DNA of 55,009 nt. Source: Candidatus Krumholzibacteriia bacterium. GTDB lineage: Bacteria; Krumholzibacteriota; Krumholzibacteriia; LZORAL124-64-63. The DNA lies in NCBI GenBank assembly GCA_046484865.1, contig JAWOID010000059.1:1-55009 (forward strand), written 5' to 3'. The notes under the pieces are model-generated. The model made no database searches. It saw only the letters and a program-made list of their open reading frames with translations, and was not told the origin of the DNA. A program made the position numbers and the translations under genes. Below, one piece after another: positions 1-16,535 of the stretch (the stretch's first letter is position 1; every line of letters starts with the position of its first letter).

Positions 1-2226
<2,226 letters not shown>

Positions 2227-2284
2227 TCTCTATCCTCCTCCCCCCCGCGCCGTCGCCGACGGGGACGGACGTCCACGGGGCCGC

Positions 2285-6121
<3,837 letters not shown>

Positions 6122-6183
6122 GGATCACTTCCTCGCGCGGATGGCTGCGGTCGGGGCGGCTTCCGGATCGTCCAGTGCCGCCG

Positions 6184-6215
6184 CCGCCCCGCCCTGCGAT
6201 CGCAGGGCGGGGCGG
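6184..6215. repeat. Perfect 32-bp palindrome in the rplL-rpoB spacer
   Basis: CCGCCCCGCCCTGCGA|TCGCAGGGCGGGGCGG, checked base by base. Confidence 0.9.
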
Positions 6216-6223
6216 ACGATCGA

Positions 6224-6250
6224 GAACGCGGGGAAGACCCCCGCGGTTCC
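6224..6250 (-). terminator. GC-rich hairpin just after the rplL stop (possible attenuator or terminator before rpoB)
   Basis: CGCGGGG-N5-CCCCGCG stem at 6227-6245 with no clear U-tract. Position matches the known rplL-rpoB attenuator location. Confidence 0.4.
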
Positions 6251-6253
6251 GGC

Positions 6254-6646
6254 CTACTTGAGGTCGACGATGGCGCCGACTTCCTCGAGCTTGGCCTTGA
6301 TCTTCTCGGCCTCCTCCTTCGAGACGCCTTCCTTGACCGGCGTCGGGGCCGATTCGACCAGATCCTTGGCTTCCTTCAGGCCCAGGGCGGTGATGGCGCG
6401 GACTTCCTTGATCACCTGGATCTTCTTGTCGCCCACGCCCGTCAGCACCACGGTGAACTCGTCCTTGACTTCCTCCTCGGCCACGGCGGCGGCGGGGGCG
6501 GCGGCCATGGCGACCGGCGCCGCGGCGCTCACGCCGAACTTCTCCTCCATCGCCTTGACCAGGTCGGCGGCCTCGAGGACCGTCATGGAGGAGATGATGT
6601 CGAGGACCTTCTGGGCGTTGTCGCTGAGATTCACTGCATCGGCCAT
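6254..6646 (-). CDS. rplL: 50S ribosomal protein L7/L12
   Basis: 130 aa. [14 protein letters not shown] hinge, [24 protein letters not shown]. Confidence 0.98.
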   Translation of the reverse strand: MADAVNLSDNAQKVLDIISSMTVLEAADLVKAMEEKFGVSAAAPVAMAAAPAAAVAEEEVKDEFTVVLTGVGDKKIQVIKEVRAITALGLKEAKDLVESAPTPVKEGVSKEEAEKIKAKLEEVGAIVDLK

Positions 6647-6716
6647 TGTTCCGTGCTCCTCTGTGTCTGGGTCGGGCCGCGCGCACCCGGCGTCGCGGAC
6701 CCGCAGGGTTCACACT

Positions 6717-7244
6717 CTAGCTGGCGGCCTCGGCCTTCTGCCTGGCCACTGCGTCGAGAGCGCGAGCGAGCGAGGTCATCACGCCGTTGACGACATACAC
6801 CACTCCGCTCAGCGGCGAGTTGATGCTGCCCATCATCCTGGCGATCAGTTCGTCCTTGCTCGGCACCTTCGACAGCGCCGCCACCTGATCCGGATCGATG
6901 TACTGGCCGGCGACGATGCCGCCCTTCACGGCCAGCTTCTCGTTGTCCTTGGCGAAGTCGATCACGATCTTGGCCGGATCCACCTGACTGGCCGGACCGA
7001 TGACGAGAGCCGTCGGACCGGTGAGGTGGTCGAGCAACGCCGTCATCTCGACGCGCTCGGCCGCGATCCGCGCGAGCCGGTTCTTGACCACCCGACAGTC
7101 CACGTTCTGCGCGCGGCACCTGGACCGGAAATCGGTCATCTGCGCCACACTCAGCCCCGTGTAGTCGGCCAGAACCAGACTCTGCGCACCGCGCAGCTTG
7201 TCGGCGATCGCCTCGACCTCGGCAACCTTCTCGGGACGTGCCAT
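6717..7244 (-). CDS. rplJ: 50S ribosomal protein L10
   Basis: Start moved to MARPEK (ATG 7244, SD AAGGAG). DYTGLSVAQMTDFR, VVKNRLARIA. Synteny. Confidence 0.96.
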   Translation of the reverse strand: MARPEKVAEVEAIADKLRGAQSLVLADYTGLSVAQMTDFRSRCRAQNVDCRVVKNRLARIAAERVEMTALLDHLTGPTALVIGPASQVDPAKIVIDFAKDNEKLAVKGGIVAGQYIDPDQVAALSKVPSKDELIARMMGSINSPLSGVVYVVNGVMTSLARALDAVARQKAEAAS

Positions 7245-7329
7245 AGAGGTCATCTCCTTGAACGCAAGACCTGTCCCGTTGCACGCGTCCGACCGGACGC
7301 CGCCGCTGCGGCGACCGGTCCGCCGTCCG

Positions 7330-8019
7330 TCACGCGAGCGAACCCGCGTCGATACGGATGGACGGAGACATCGTGGCGGACAGGAAAACGGACTTGACGT
7401 ACACACCCTTGACCGCGGTCGGCTTCACCCGCACGAGTTCCCGGTAGAGCGCCCGCGCGTTCTCCGCCAGCTGCTCCGGCGGGAACGAACGCTTGCCCAC
7501 GGGAGCGTGGATGATGCCGGCCTTGTCGACGCGATACTCGATCCGGCCCGCCTTCGCCTCGCGGACGGCCTTGGCGACGTCCATCGTCACCGTGCCGACC
7601 TTGGGGTTGGGCATGAGACCGCGGGGACCGAGGATCCGGCCCAGCTTGCCGACTTCCCCCATCATGTCCGGCGTGGCGATGATGACGTCAGCATCGGTCC
7701 AGCCTTCCTTGATCTTGGGGATGTACTCGTCGGCGCCCACCATGTCCGCTCCGGCCTCCTCGGCCTCCTTCTCCTTCGGACCCCGCGTGAGCACGAGGAC
7801 CCGCACCGACTTGCCGGTGCCGTGAGGGAGGACCAGCGTCCCGCGGACCATCTGGTCCGCGTGCCGTGGATTGACGTTGAGACGGATGGCGGTTTCGACC
7901 GATTCGTCGAACTTGGCCTTGGGCAGGTTCGCCAGGGCCTGGAGGGCCTCCTCGATGGAGACCGCCTGATCCTTGTCGACCTGGGCCCGGGCCTTGCGAT
8001 AGGTTTTCCCGTGCTTCAT
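7330..8019 (-). CDS. rplA: 50S ribosomal protein L1
   Basis: Start MKHGKTY (ATG 8019). [37 protein letters not shown]. Confidence 0.98.
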   Translation of the reverse strand: MKHGKTYRKARAQVDKDQAVSIEEALQALANLPKAKFDESVETAIRLNVNPRHADQMVRGTLVLPHGTGKSVRVLVLTRGPKEKEAEEAGADMVGADEYIPKIKEGWTDADVIIATPDMMGEVGKLGRILGPRGLMPNPKVGTVTMDVAKAVREAKAGRIEYRVDKAGIIHAPVGKRSFPPEQLAENARALYRELVRVKPTAVKGVYVKSVFLSATMSPSIRIDAGSLA

Positions 8020-8205
8020 CTCGGCTGCTGCTCCTGACTGGATGGTTCGATGGGATCCTCCGGACGGGCCCTGGGCCCGGGGCCGGTGCCCCACCTCCGG
8101 TGACGGTGCCCGCTTCCTGCTCCCGTCGGGGAACGTGTCCCCCGGAAGCCCTGGCGAACCCGACGCCGTGTCTTCACAGTCGGCGGACGGAACCAGCGGT
8201 CGTCG

Positions 8206-8628
8206 CTAGACGACCTCGAGCCCCATGCTCCGAGCCGTGCCGGCGATGATCAACATCGCCGCATCGATGGACCCTGCGTTGAGATCCTCCATCTTCAACT
8301 CGGCGATCTCGCGCACCTTGTCGCGCGAGATGGTGCCGCAGGAGGTCTTGCCGGGCTCCGTGCTGCCGGATTCGAGACCGGCCGCCTTCTTGAGCAGGAT
8401 GGAGGCCGGGGGGGTCTTGGTGATGAACGCGAAGCTCCGGTCCTGGAAGACCGTGATCACCACGGGGATCACCAGACCCATCCTGTCCTTCGTCCGCTCG
8501 TTGAAGGCGCTGCAGAACGCCATGATGTTGACGCCGTGCTGTCCCAGGGCCGGTCCCACGGGGGGCGCCGGATTGGCCAGCCCGGCCTTGATCTGCAGCT
8601 TGATCTGCGTCATGACTTTCTTGGCCAT
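8206..8628 (-). CDS. rplK: 50S ribosomal protein L11
   Basis: Start MAKKV (ATG 8628, SD AAGGAG). [29 protein letters not shown]. Confidence 0.98.
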   Translation of the reverse strand: MAKKVMTQIKLQIKAGLANPAPPVGPALGQHGVNIMAFCSAFNERTKDRMGLVIPVVITVFQDRSFAFITKTPPASILLKKAAGLESGSTEPGKTSCGTISRDKVREIAELKMEDLNAGSIDAAMLIIAGTARSMGLEVV

Positions 8629-8823
8629 GAACATCCACTCCTTCAATCCGGGACCAGGGTCCGTCGGCGGGTCGGTCCGCGGCGGCAGGGAGTCCACCAC
8701 CCGTGCCGGGAACGCCCCCCGGGCGATACCCATCTATGGAACGTCCGCCGCCGTGAGAGGTACGGCGCGCGGCGGTCGCCGCCGGCTCCAGACAAAAGCC
8801 GACGACTCCCGACAACGGCCTCG

Positions 8824-9663
8824 CTAGACCGGCTTCACCTGAAGGAAGTCCAGCTCGACCGGAGTCTCCTTGCCGAAGATCGAGATCATGACCTTCAGCT
8901 TACCCTTGTCGTGATTGATGGCGTTGATCACGCCGATCCAGTCGGTGAAGGGTCCGTCCATCACCTGCACACTCTCGCCCACGTTGTAGGGGATCTCGAT
9001 CGTCTCCTTGCCCACCTCCGGCTCCGCGATGCGGCCGAGGATCCGGTCCACCTCGTCCTTGTCGATGGGCTGGGGCTTCTGCGGCGTGCCGCCGATGAAC
9101 CGGGTCACGCCGGGGATCGAGTTGATGAAGTGATACGTCTCCTTGTTCATCAGCATCTCGACGAGGATGTAGCTGGGGAAGAACTTGCGCTTCACCGTGG
9201 CGCGCTTGCCGTTCTTCATCTCGGTCACTTCCTGGGTCGCCACCAGGACCTCGCCGAAGGAGTCTTCCATGTGATTCGACTTGATAGCCATCTCGATGTT
9301 GCGCTTGACCTTGTTCTCGTGACCGGTGTTGGCGTGGATGACGAACCACTGCATCCGGGAGCGACGCTCGAGGTCGGCCTGCTCGTCCGCCGTCAGCTTG
9401 ATGTCCACCGTGGCCAGCAGGTCGTCCTCGTCGGTCGGCCCTTCCGGCGCCGTCCCGGTCGCGCCGGCGGCGGCGTCCGGAGCCGGCTCGGCCTCGGGCT
9501 CTTCCTCGTCCGTGACCGGCTCGTCCGGCAGGTCGAAGAACAGCGACTCGGCGTCGCCCTCCCGGGTGGCGGCCTCGGCGTCGTTCTCGGGCGTGGGCAG
9601 GTCGCTCTCGTCGCTGTCCCGCTCGCGATCGTCGTCAACGTGCACGGTCTTCTCCTCGCTCAC
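8824..9663 (-). CDS. nusG: Transcription termination/antitermination factor NusG with acidic N-terminal extension
   Basis: Core begins WFVIHANTGHENKVK; also FFPSYILVEM, KOW domain VQVMDGPF, IFGKETPVELDFLQV. Start uncertain (GTG 9663 or ATG 9354). Confidence 0.95.
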   Translation of the reverse strand: MSEEKTVHVDDDRERDSDESDLPTPENDAEAATREGDAESLFFDLPDEPVTDEEEPEAEPAPDAAAGATGTAPEGPTDEDDLLATVDIKLTADEQADLERRSRMQWFVIHANTGHENKVKRNIEMAIKSNHMEDSFGEVLVATQEVTEMKNGKRATVKRKFFPSYILVEMLMNKETYHFINSIPGVTRFIGGTPQKPQPIDKDEVDRILGRIAEPEVGKETIEIPYNVGESVQVMDGPFTDWIGVINAINHDKGKLKVMISIFGKETPVELDFLQVKPV

Positions 9664-9780
9664 CGAGGGTCGTCTCGCCACGGCATTCCGCGCACAGACG
9701 CACCCCCGGAGGTGAGACACCAGTCCCACCTCCGGGGATCGCCTGCGTACCGGGTCCCGGAGATCGCCCCGCTCGTTTCT

Positions 9781-9972
9781 CTACGTCAGCGTGATGATCT
9801 GCTTGATCGCAAAGTCCAGGATCTTGTCGATAACGTAGACGATCACCGTGATGATCGCCACGGTCACCAGCACGATCAGCGTGGACTCCTTCAGTTCCGC
9901 CTTGGACGGCCAGGAGACACGTTTCATCTCCTGCTGCGTCTCGCGCAGATACTGCGTCAGTCTCGCGATCAT
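9781..9972 (-). CDS. secE: Preprotein translocase subunit SecE
   Basis: 63 aa. EMKRVSWPS motif followed by one TM helix. Lies between tRNA-Trp and nusG. Confidence 0.96.
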   Translation of the reverse strand: MIARLTQYLRETQQEMKRVSWPSKAELKESTLIVLVTVAIITVIVYVIDKILDFAIKQIITLT

Positions 9973-10018
9973 CGACTCACCTTGCCTCCGGAATTGTCCG
10001 TTGCCCTCGGGCCCAGGC

Positions 10019-10094
10019 TGGCAGGGGCGGCAGGATTCGAACCCGCGACCCTCGGTTTTGGAGACCGATGCTCTACCAACTGAGCTACACCCCT
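10019..10094 (-). tRNA. tRNA-Trp (CCA)
   Basis: 76-nt cloverleaf AGGGGTGTAGCTCAGTTGGTAGAGC..., anticodon arm TCGGT-CT-CCA-AA-ACCGA, GTTCGAATC, encoded CCA end. Confidence 0.97.
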
Positions 10095-10186
10095 GCCTGG
10101 TTCCTCGGGGCCGGCCGCAGCCGGCACCTCCCGCAAGCGGTACTCCGCCCGGCGGCGACCCCCGGCCGCCGCCGCGCCTTCCCGCC

Positions 10187-11380
<1,194 letters not shown>

Positions 11381-11499
11381 CACGCGTGTCCTCCCGACGT
11401 GAGTTCTGGGTCAGGCGGGCCAATCCACGCCCGCAGACGCATCGAACCGGCCGCGTCGTCCGCCGTCTGCCGGCGTACGGGACCGGGAAGGAGCCGGGG

Positions 11500-11575
11500 T
11501 GGAGCCCACGAGCAGAATCGAACTGCTGACCGCTTGCTTACCATGCAAGTGCTCTACCGACTGAGCTACGTGGGC
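11500..11575 (-). tRNA. tRNA-Thr (GGT)
   Basis: 76 nt, anticodon arm CTTGC-AT-GGT-AA-GCAAG, CCA end. Confidence 0.96.
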
Positions 11576-11641
11576 CCCTGTACCGGATCCGTCGCGCGCC
11601 GCGGCCAGGGCCTGCCCCGACCTGCGGCGTCTTGGCCAAGC

Positions 11642-11717
11642 TGGAGCGGGAAACGGGGCTCGAACCCGCGACCCTCAGCTTGGAAGGCTGATGCTCTGCC
11701 AACTGAGCTATTCCCGC
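11642..11717 (-). tRNA. tRNA-Gly (TCC)
   Basis: 76 nt, anticodon arm TCAGC-CT-TCC-AA-GCTGA, CCA end. Confidence 0.96.
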
Positions 11718-11760
11718 TCCGAACCGCCGCATCGGTCCGCCGGCCACTCCGGCGGGGGAG

Positions 11761-11846
11761 TGGTGGGGGGGGGAGGATTCGAACCTCCGTAGGCGTCTGC
11801 CGACAGATTTACAGTCTGTTCCCTTTGACCGCTCGGGAACCCCCCC
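11761..11846 (-). tRNA. tRNA-Tyr (GTA)
   Basis: 86 nt with long variable arm, anticodon arm ACAGA-CT-GTA-AA-TCTGT, CCA end. Confidence 0.96.
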
Positions 11847-11852
11847 AGAACC

Positions 11853-11928
11853 TGGAGCTGGCGAGAGGACTTGAACCCCCAACCACCTCATTACAAGTGA
11901 GGAGCTCTACCAATTGAGCTACGCCAGC
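11853..11928 (-). tRNA. tRNA-Thr (TGT)
   Basis: 76 nt, anticodon arm CCTCA-CT-TGT-AA-TGAGG, CCA end. Completes the classic Thr-Tyr-Gly-Thr-tuf order. Confidence 0.96.
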
Positions 11929-12069
11929 CCCGTCCGGGCTGTCTTCCCCGTCTGGCCGGGGCCGGGTCCGCCAGGGACGCTCTCCGCTCCCAACCCGATG
12001 TCCTCACGTGCGTTCCAAGCGAAAAATCCGGCCCCCAGGCTGGTGCTCGGGAGCCGTTCAGGGCTCCGG

Positions 12070-12099
12070 AATATATAGCGTGCCCATCGACGATGTCAA
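12070..12099 (-). promoter_or_regulatory. sigma70 promoter of the tRNA-tuf operon
   Basis: Minus strand TTGACA-N18-TATATT (or N16-TATATA) followed by a GC-rich discriminator, upstream of the first tRNA. Confidence 0.75.
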
Positions 12100-12181
12100 G
12101 CCGGGTTTCTGGCGGTGCGGCGGCCTCCCCGGCCTTCCCCGGCCCCGCCGCAGGGTCGCCGGGGCACGGAGGTCGACGCCC

Positions 12182-13696
12182 TCACCCGGCATCGGTTCCC
12201 TCCTTCGGCCGCAACCGCCAGCCGCCCGGGGTGTCATCGATCTCCCATTGCGCGCGCCGGATCCGCTCGCGCAGCGCGTCCGCACGCGCGAGATCGCCGC
12301 TCTGGCGGGCGGCGTGCCGCTCGCGGGCGAGTTCCTCCACGTCGGCGGGGGGCGCCACCGGACGCAGCGCCTCGAGGCCGCCGGGGAAGAGGCCCAGGAT
12401 GCGGTCGGCGTCGGCGCAGAGCCGGTAGGCGCCGGCGAGCGGATCGGGATCGAGGTAGCGCCCGCCGCTCGCGTCGAGGTAGTGCCTGAGGTCGCTCGCC
12501 AGCGCGAACAGGGCGCCGACCGCGCCGCCGGAGTTGAAGTCGTCGTCCAGGGCCGCGAAGAAGGCGCGTTGCCGCTTGCGGACGGCGCGAGCCAGCGCTT
12601 CGCCGGCCAGCGACACCAGCCCGCGCGGCACCGGCAGCGGCCCGGACGGAGCCGGCGCCACCCCGGCGTCGCCGTCGCGGGCGCCGCCGCCGGCGAGGGC
12701 GCAGGCGGCGACCAGACGTCCCAGGTCGCGGCGCAGCCGGCGGTACGCGGCGGCGGTTTCCTCGAGCCGCTCCTCGCTGAAACGCAGGCTGCTGCGGAAG
12801 TGGGCGCTCAGCAGGAAGAAGCGCACGACCTCCGCCGGGACCCGCGCGAGCACGTCGTCGACGGTGAAGAAGTTGCCGCGGGACTTGGACATCTTGCGCT
12901 CGTCGACCAGGAGCAGACCGGTGTGCAGCCAGTGGTTGACGTACCGGCGGCCGGTGCAGGCGCAGCCCTGGGCGCGCTCGTTCTCGTGGTGCGGGAACAG
13001 CAGGTCGCCGCCGCCCCCGTGCAGGTCGAACTGCTCGCCCAGGTACCGGATGGCCATCGCGGAGCACTCGATGTGCCAGCCCGGACGGCCGCGGCCCCAG
13101 GGGGAATCCCAGCCCGGCTCGTCGGGCGCGGCGGCCTTCCACAGGGCGAAGTCGAGCGGGTCGCGCTTGCGTTCGCCGACCGCCACGCGCACGCCGGCGC
13201 GCAGGTCGTCCGGGTGGCGCCCCGACAGCAGGCCGTACTCCGGCCAGCTCCGCACGTCGAAGTAGACGTCGCCCTGCGCCGCGTAGGCATGACCGCGTTC
13301 CAGGAGGCAGCGCACGTGCTCGACGATCTCGGGGATGTGCTCGGTCACCCGCGGATAGTGGTGCGCCGGCAGGAGGCCCAGCCGCTCGGCGGCTGCGTGG
13401 TAGGCGGCGATGTTGCGCTCCGCCACCTCCGCGGGCGCCACCCCCTCGGCCCGGGCGCGGGCGATGATCTTGTCGTCGATGTCGGTGAAGTTCTGCACGT
13501 GGGTGACGGCGAGCCCCAGGTACTCCAGGTAGCGCCGCACCAGGTCGCAGGCGACGAACGTGTACATGTGCCCCACGTGGGGGCGGTCCTGCACGGTCAG
13601 GCCGCAGACGTAGAGTCCGACGCGGCCGGGCCGCACCGGCTCGAACCGGAGCTTCTGGCCGCTGATCGGATCGTGCACGTGCAGGGTCATGGCCAC
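12182..13696 (-). CDS. cysS: Cysteine--tRNA ligase
   Basis: YVCGLTVQDRPHVGH (HIGH-like), NFTDIDDKII, GRPGWHIECSAM, DLLFPHHENE, KMSKS. Confidence 0.98.
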   Translation of the reverse strand: MAMTLHVHDPISGQKLRFEPVRPGRVGLYVCGLTVQDRPHVGHMYTFVACDLVRRYLEYLGLAVTHVQNFTDIDDKIIARARAEGVAPAEVAERNIAAYHAAAERLGLLPAHHYPRVTEHIPEIVEHVRCLLERGHAYAAQGDVYFDVRSWPEYGLLSGRHPDDLRAGVRVAVGERKRDPLDFALWKAAAPDEPGWDSPWGRGRPGWHIECSAMAIRYLGEQFDLHGGGGDLLFPHHENERAQGCACTGRRYVNHWLHTGLLLVDERKMSKSRGNFFTVDDVLARVPAEVVRFFLLSAHFRSSLRFSEERLEETAAAYRRLRRDLGRLVAACALAGGGARDGDAGVAPAPSGPLPVPRGLVSLAGEALARAVRKRQRAFFAALDDDFNSGGAVGALFALASDLRHYLDASGGRYLDPDPLAGAYRLCADADRILGLFPGGLEALRPVAPPADVEELARERHAARQSGDLARADALRERIRRAQWEIDDTPGGWRLRPKEGTDAG

Positions 13697-13754
13697 CAGC
13701 CGCGCGCCGGCTGCGCACCGCCGGACGGCCGGCCGGCGCGCCCCGGCACGGGGG

Positions 13755-14783
13755 TCACGGGTTCGCGTCTCCCGGACCGCGCGCCAGCCGCGCGCGGGCC
13801 AGGGCGTCGGTGCAGAGATCCTCCACCAGCTCGGCGAAGCCGATCCCTACCGCCGCGGCGGCCTTCGGAACCAGGCTGGTGCCGGTCAGGCCGGGAATCG
13901 TGTTCACCTCCAGACAGAAGTAGCGATCGCCGTCGAGCCGGAAGTCGGCGCGCGCCACGCCGCGGCAGCCCAGCAGATCATGGATGCGCAGAGCGTCCTC
14001 GGCGATCTGCTCGTACACGGGCGAGTGGACCGGCGCCGGCACCAGGTACTCGCTGGCACCGCTCGTGTACTTGTTGCCGAAGTCGTAGAAGCCGCTGCGC
14101 GGCCGGATCTCGACCAGGGGCAGGCGCCGTCCCAGGAAGACGGCTGCGGTCAGCTCGCGGCCGGGGATGAACGACTCGATCAGCACCTCCACGACGCCGC
14201 CCTCGGCGCCGTCCACGACGCGCTGGAAGGCCGCGGCGAAGGCGGACGGACCGTGGACGATCTCCACCCCGACGCTGCTGCCGCCGTCGTTCGGCTTGAT
14301 CACCAGCGGGAAGCCCACCTCGGCGCTCGCCCGCTCGCCCACGTGGCTCAGGCTGAGTTCCTCCGCGGGTCCGCCGGGGCGGATCTCGCCGTTGGCGACG
14401 GCCCCGCTGCGGCCGCTGCGCCGGTGCCAGGTGACCAGCAACCAGTCCGGAGTGGGAATGCCGGCGCCGCGCATGATCCGCTTGGTGGCGCTCTTGTTCA
14501 TCGCCAGGGCGCTGGCCGCCGGGCCCGACAGGGCGTACGGGATGCCGCGCAGGTCGAGCACGGCCTGCACGTGGCCGTCCTCGCCGGCGCCGCCGTGCAG
14601 GGCGGGGAAGACCACGTCCATGGCGTTGAGCACGGGCAGGTCGCAGACCTCGGCACAGCGGGCCAGTTCCACGGACATCACCTCGTGGCCGGCGCCGCGC
14701 AGGGCCTCGGCCACGGCGCGGCCCGAGGCCAGGGACACCTCGCGCTCGGGCGACTCGCCCCCCATGAGAACGGTGATGCGCAC
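13755..14783 (-). CDS. ddl: D-alanine--D-alanine ligase
   Basis: Start GTG 14783 after SD AAGGAGG. LMGGESPEREVSLASG, ALHGGAGEDG, KPNDGGSSVG, FYDFGNKY, EVNTIPGLT. Confidence 0.95.
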   Translation of the reverse strand: MRITVLMGGESPEREVSLASGRAVAEALRGAGHEVMSVELARCAEVCDLPVLNAMDVVFPALHGGAGEDGHVQAVLDLRGIPYALSGPAASALAMNKSATKRIMRGAGIPTPDWLLVTWHRRSGRSGAVANGEIRPGGPAEELSLSHVGERASAEVGFPLVIKPNDGGSSVGVEIVHGPSAFAAAFQRVVDGAEGGVVEVLIESFIPGRELTAAVFLGRRLPLVEIRPRSGFYDFGNKYTSGASEYLVPAPVHSPVYEQIAEDALRIHDLLGCRGVARADFRLDGDRYFCLEVNTIPGLTGTSLVPKAAAAVGIGFAELVEDLCTDALARARLARGPGDANP

Positions 14784-14899
14784 GGTCGTGAGCCTCCTTG
14801 GCGTACGTGGCGCATAGGATACGGTCGGACGTCGGACGGCGCCGGGGCGCCACCTCCGGTTTCGCCGGGCGGTGATTCTGATGGTGGTCGGCGCCGGCG

Positions 14900-15415
14900 T
14901 CAACGGCCCTCTCGAGAACCGTCCAGGCTGGAGGCGTCCAGGCTCTGCAGAAGCACGACCGCCTGGGCGGTGATGCATTCCCCGCGGCCCTCCGGGCCGA
15001 GGCCCTCGCCTCGCGTGGCCTTCACGTTGACCCGCGCGGCGGGAATCGCCATCGCCTCCGCCAGACGCGCCCGCATGGCCGCCCGTCTGGTCGCGATGCG
15101 GGGCCGCTCGGCGATCACGGTGGAGTCCACGTTCACGATCCGGAAGCCGGCCCCGGTCACGAAGGCCACGGTGCGCCGCAGCAGATCCAGGCTGTCGGCC
15201 CCGGCCCAGCCGGGATCGGTGTCGGGGAAGTACGTGCCGATGTCGTCGAGCCCGGCAGCTCCCAGCAGGGCATCGATGACGGCGTGGGTCAAGACGTCCG
15301 CGTCGGAATGCCCGACCGGTCCGTCGTCCGCCTCGGGGAACGGGACGCCCCCCAGGACGCAGGGACGGCCCGCGACCAGCGGGTGGCGATCCTGGGACTG
15401 GCCGATACGGTACAT
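14900..15415 (-). CDS. ispF: 2-C-methyl-D-erythritol 2,4-cyclodiphosphate synthase
   Basis: MYRIGQSQDRH, GHSDADVLTHAVIDALLGAAGLDDIGTYFPDTD, VNVKATRGEGLG. Confidence 0.95.
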   Translation of the reverse strand: MYRIGQSQDRHPLVAGRPCVLGGVPFPEADDGPVGHSDADVLTHAVIDALLGAAGLDDIGTYFPDTDPGWAGADSLDLLRRTVAFVTGAGFRIVNVDSTVIAERPRIATRRAAMRARLAEAMAIPAARVNVKATRGEGLGPEGRGECITAQAVVLLQSLDASSLDGSREGR

Positions 15416-15530
15416 GCGGTGAACCTCGCTCACGATTCCGCGGCTGCGCCCGCCGCCGATGCCGGGGCGGGCCCCACGCGGCGGGCGGCATCTCGCTCGC
15501 TCGCGGCGCCGGCCGCCGCTCGCGCAAACC

Positions 15531-16535
15531 TCATCGTCTGGCCCTGCCGGGCAATCCGCAAGCGACAAACGAGATCGCGAGCTTGGCGAGTTCGGTCGCC
15601 TGCCGGAACGTGATCCGGTAGGCCAGGCTCCGCCGGAGCGCGTGCAGCGCTCGGCGGTGATCGCGCTGCTTGCGGAAGCAGTAGCTGGCGAACAGGTACT
15701 TGCCGCCGATCCGCCGGCGGAGCTTCGAGGCGAACCCGGCGTCGAGAGTCGCCCGCTCGAGGTACGACGAGAACAGATGGATCTGGTCCAGGGCCAGGTC
15801 GAGGGAGTTCTGGAACGACTCGCTCGTGAGGCTCCCGTCGTGCCGGTGATAGACGCTCGTGACCAGGTTGCGGAACGCGAACGTCGCCTGCGAGGTCAGG
15901 TGCAGCTGGATGGAGAAGTCCCGGTCCTCGGCGCGCCGGATGTCCTCGTTGAACAGCACGCCGGCGAGGGAGCGCCGCCTGACCACCATCGACTGCAGGT
16001 GGATGAAGTTCTCGTCGATGAGAGCCCGGAACAGGTCGTCGTTCACGACGCAGTAGCCGTCGTCCCGCTCCTCGTAGGTGAGTTGCTTCAGGAACCTGCG
16101 CTGGCCGAACCAGTCGCCGATCCGGACCCCCGAGGCGTGATCGACGATGTCCGAGTTGTAGAAGACGACGTCGATGTCCGGGTTCCGCTCCAGGAAGTCC
16201 AGCCCCTCCTGCAGGTGGTTGCGATACCAGAGATCGTCGGCGTCGAGAAACGCCACGTAGTCGCCGGACGCCCGGAGCAGGCCCGTGTTGCGGGCCCCGG
16301 AGGGCCCGGGACGGCGCTCGTTGCGCAGCAGGACGATCTCCGGGTGCGCTCCGGCCAGCTCGGTCACGATGGCGAGCGTGTCGTCGCTCGATCCGTCGTC
16401 CACGACGATGAGTTCCCGCGGCACGCGGGAGTCCTGCGCGAGCACGCTCGCGATGGCGCCGGCGATGAACCCGCCGGCGTTGCAGGCCGGCATGATGACC
16501 GAGACTCCGGCCGCCGGTGTCGTCTCGAGCTCCAT
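15531..16535 (-). CDS. Glycosyltransferase family 2
   Basis: VSVIMPACN, VVDDGSSD, ARNTG, FLDADD, AEDRDF. ATG overlaps the upstream TGA (TGATG). Confidence 0.92.
   Translation of the reverse strand: MELETTPAAGVSVIMPACNAGGFIAGAIASVLAQDSRVPRELIVVDDGSSDDTLAIVTELAGAHPEIVLLRNERRPGPSGARNTGLLRASGDYVAFLDADDLWYRNHLQEGLDFLERNPDIDVVFYNSDIVDHASGVRIGDWFGQRRFLKQLTYEERDDGYCVVNDDLFRALIDENFIHLQSMVVRRRSLAGVLFNEDIRRAEDRDFSIQLHLTSQATFAFRNLVTSVYHRHDGSLTSESFQNSLDLALDQIHLFSSYLERATLDAGFASKLRRRIGGKYLFASYCFRKQRDHRRALHALRRSLAYRITFRQATELAKLAISFVACGLPGRARR

Noticed and set aside
7245..7329. Possible L10 leader upstream of rplJ
   Set aside because: GC-rich and foldable, but I could not identify the conserved L10-leader motif by eye.
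11500..12180. tRNA cluster as an integration site
   Set aside because: No integrase, no duplicated tRNA 3' end, and core genes on both sides.
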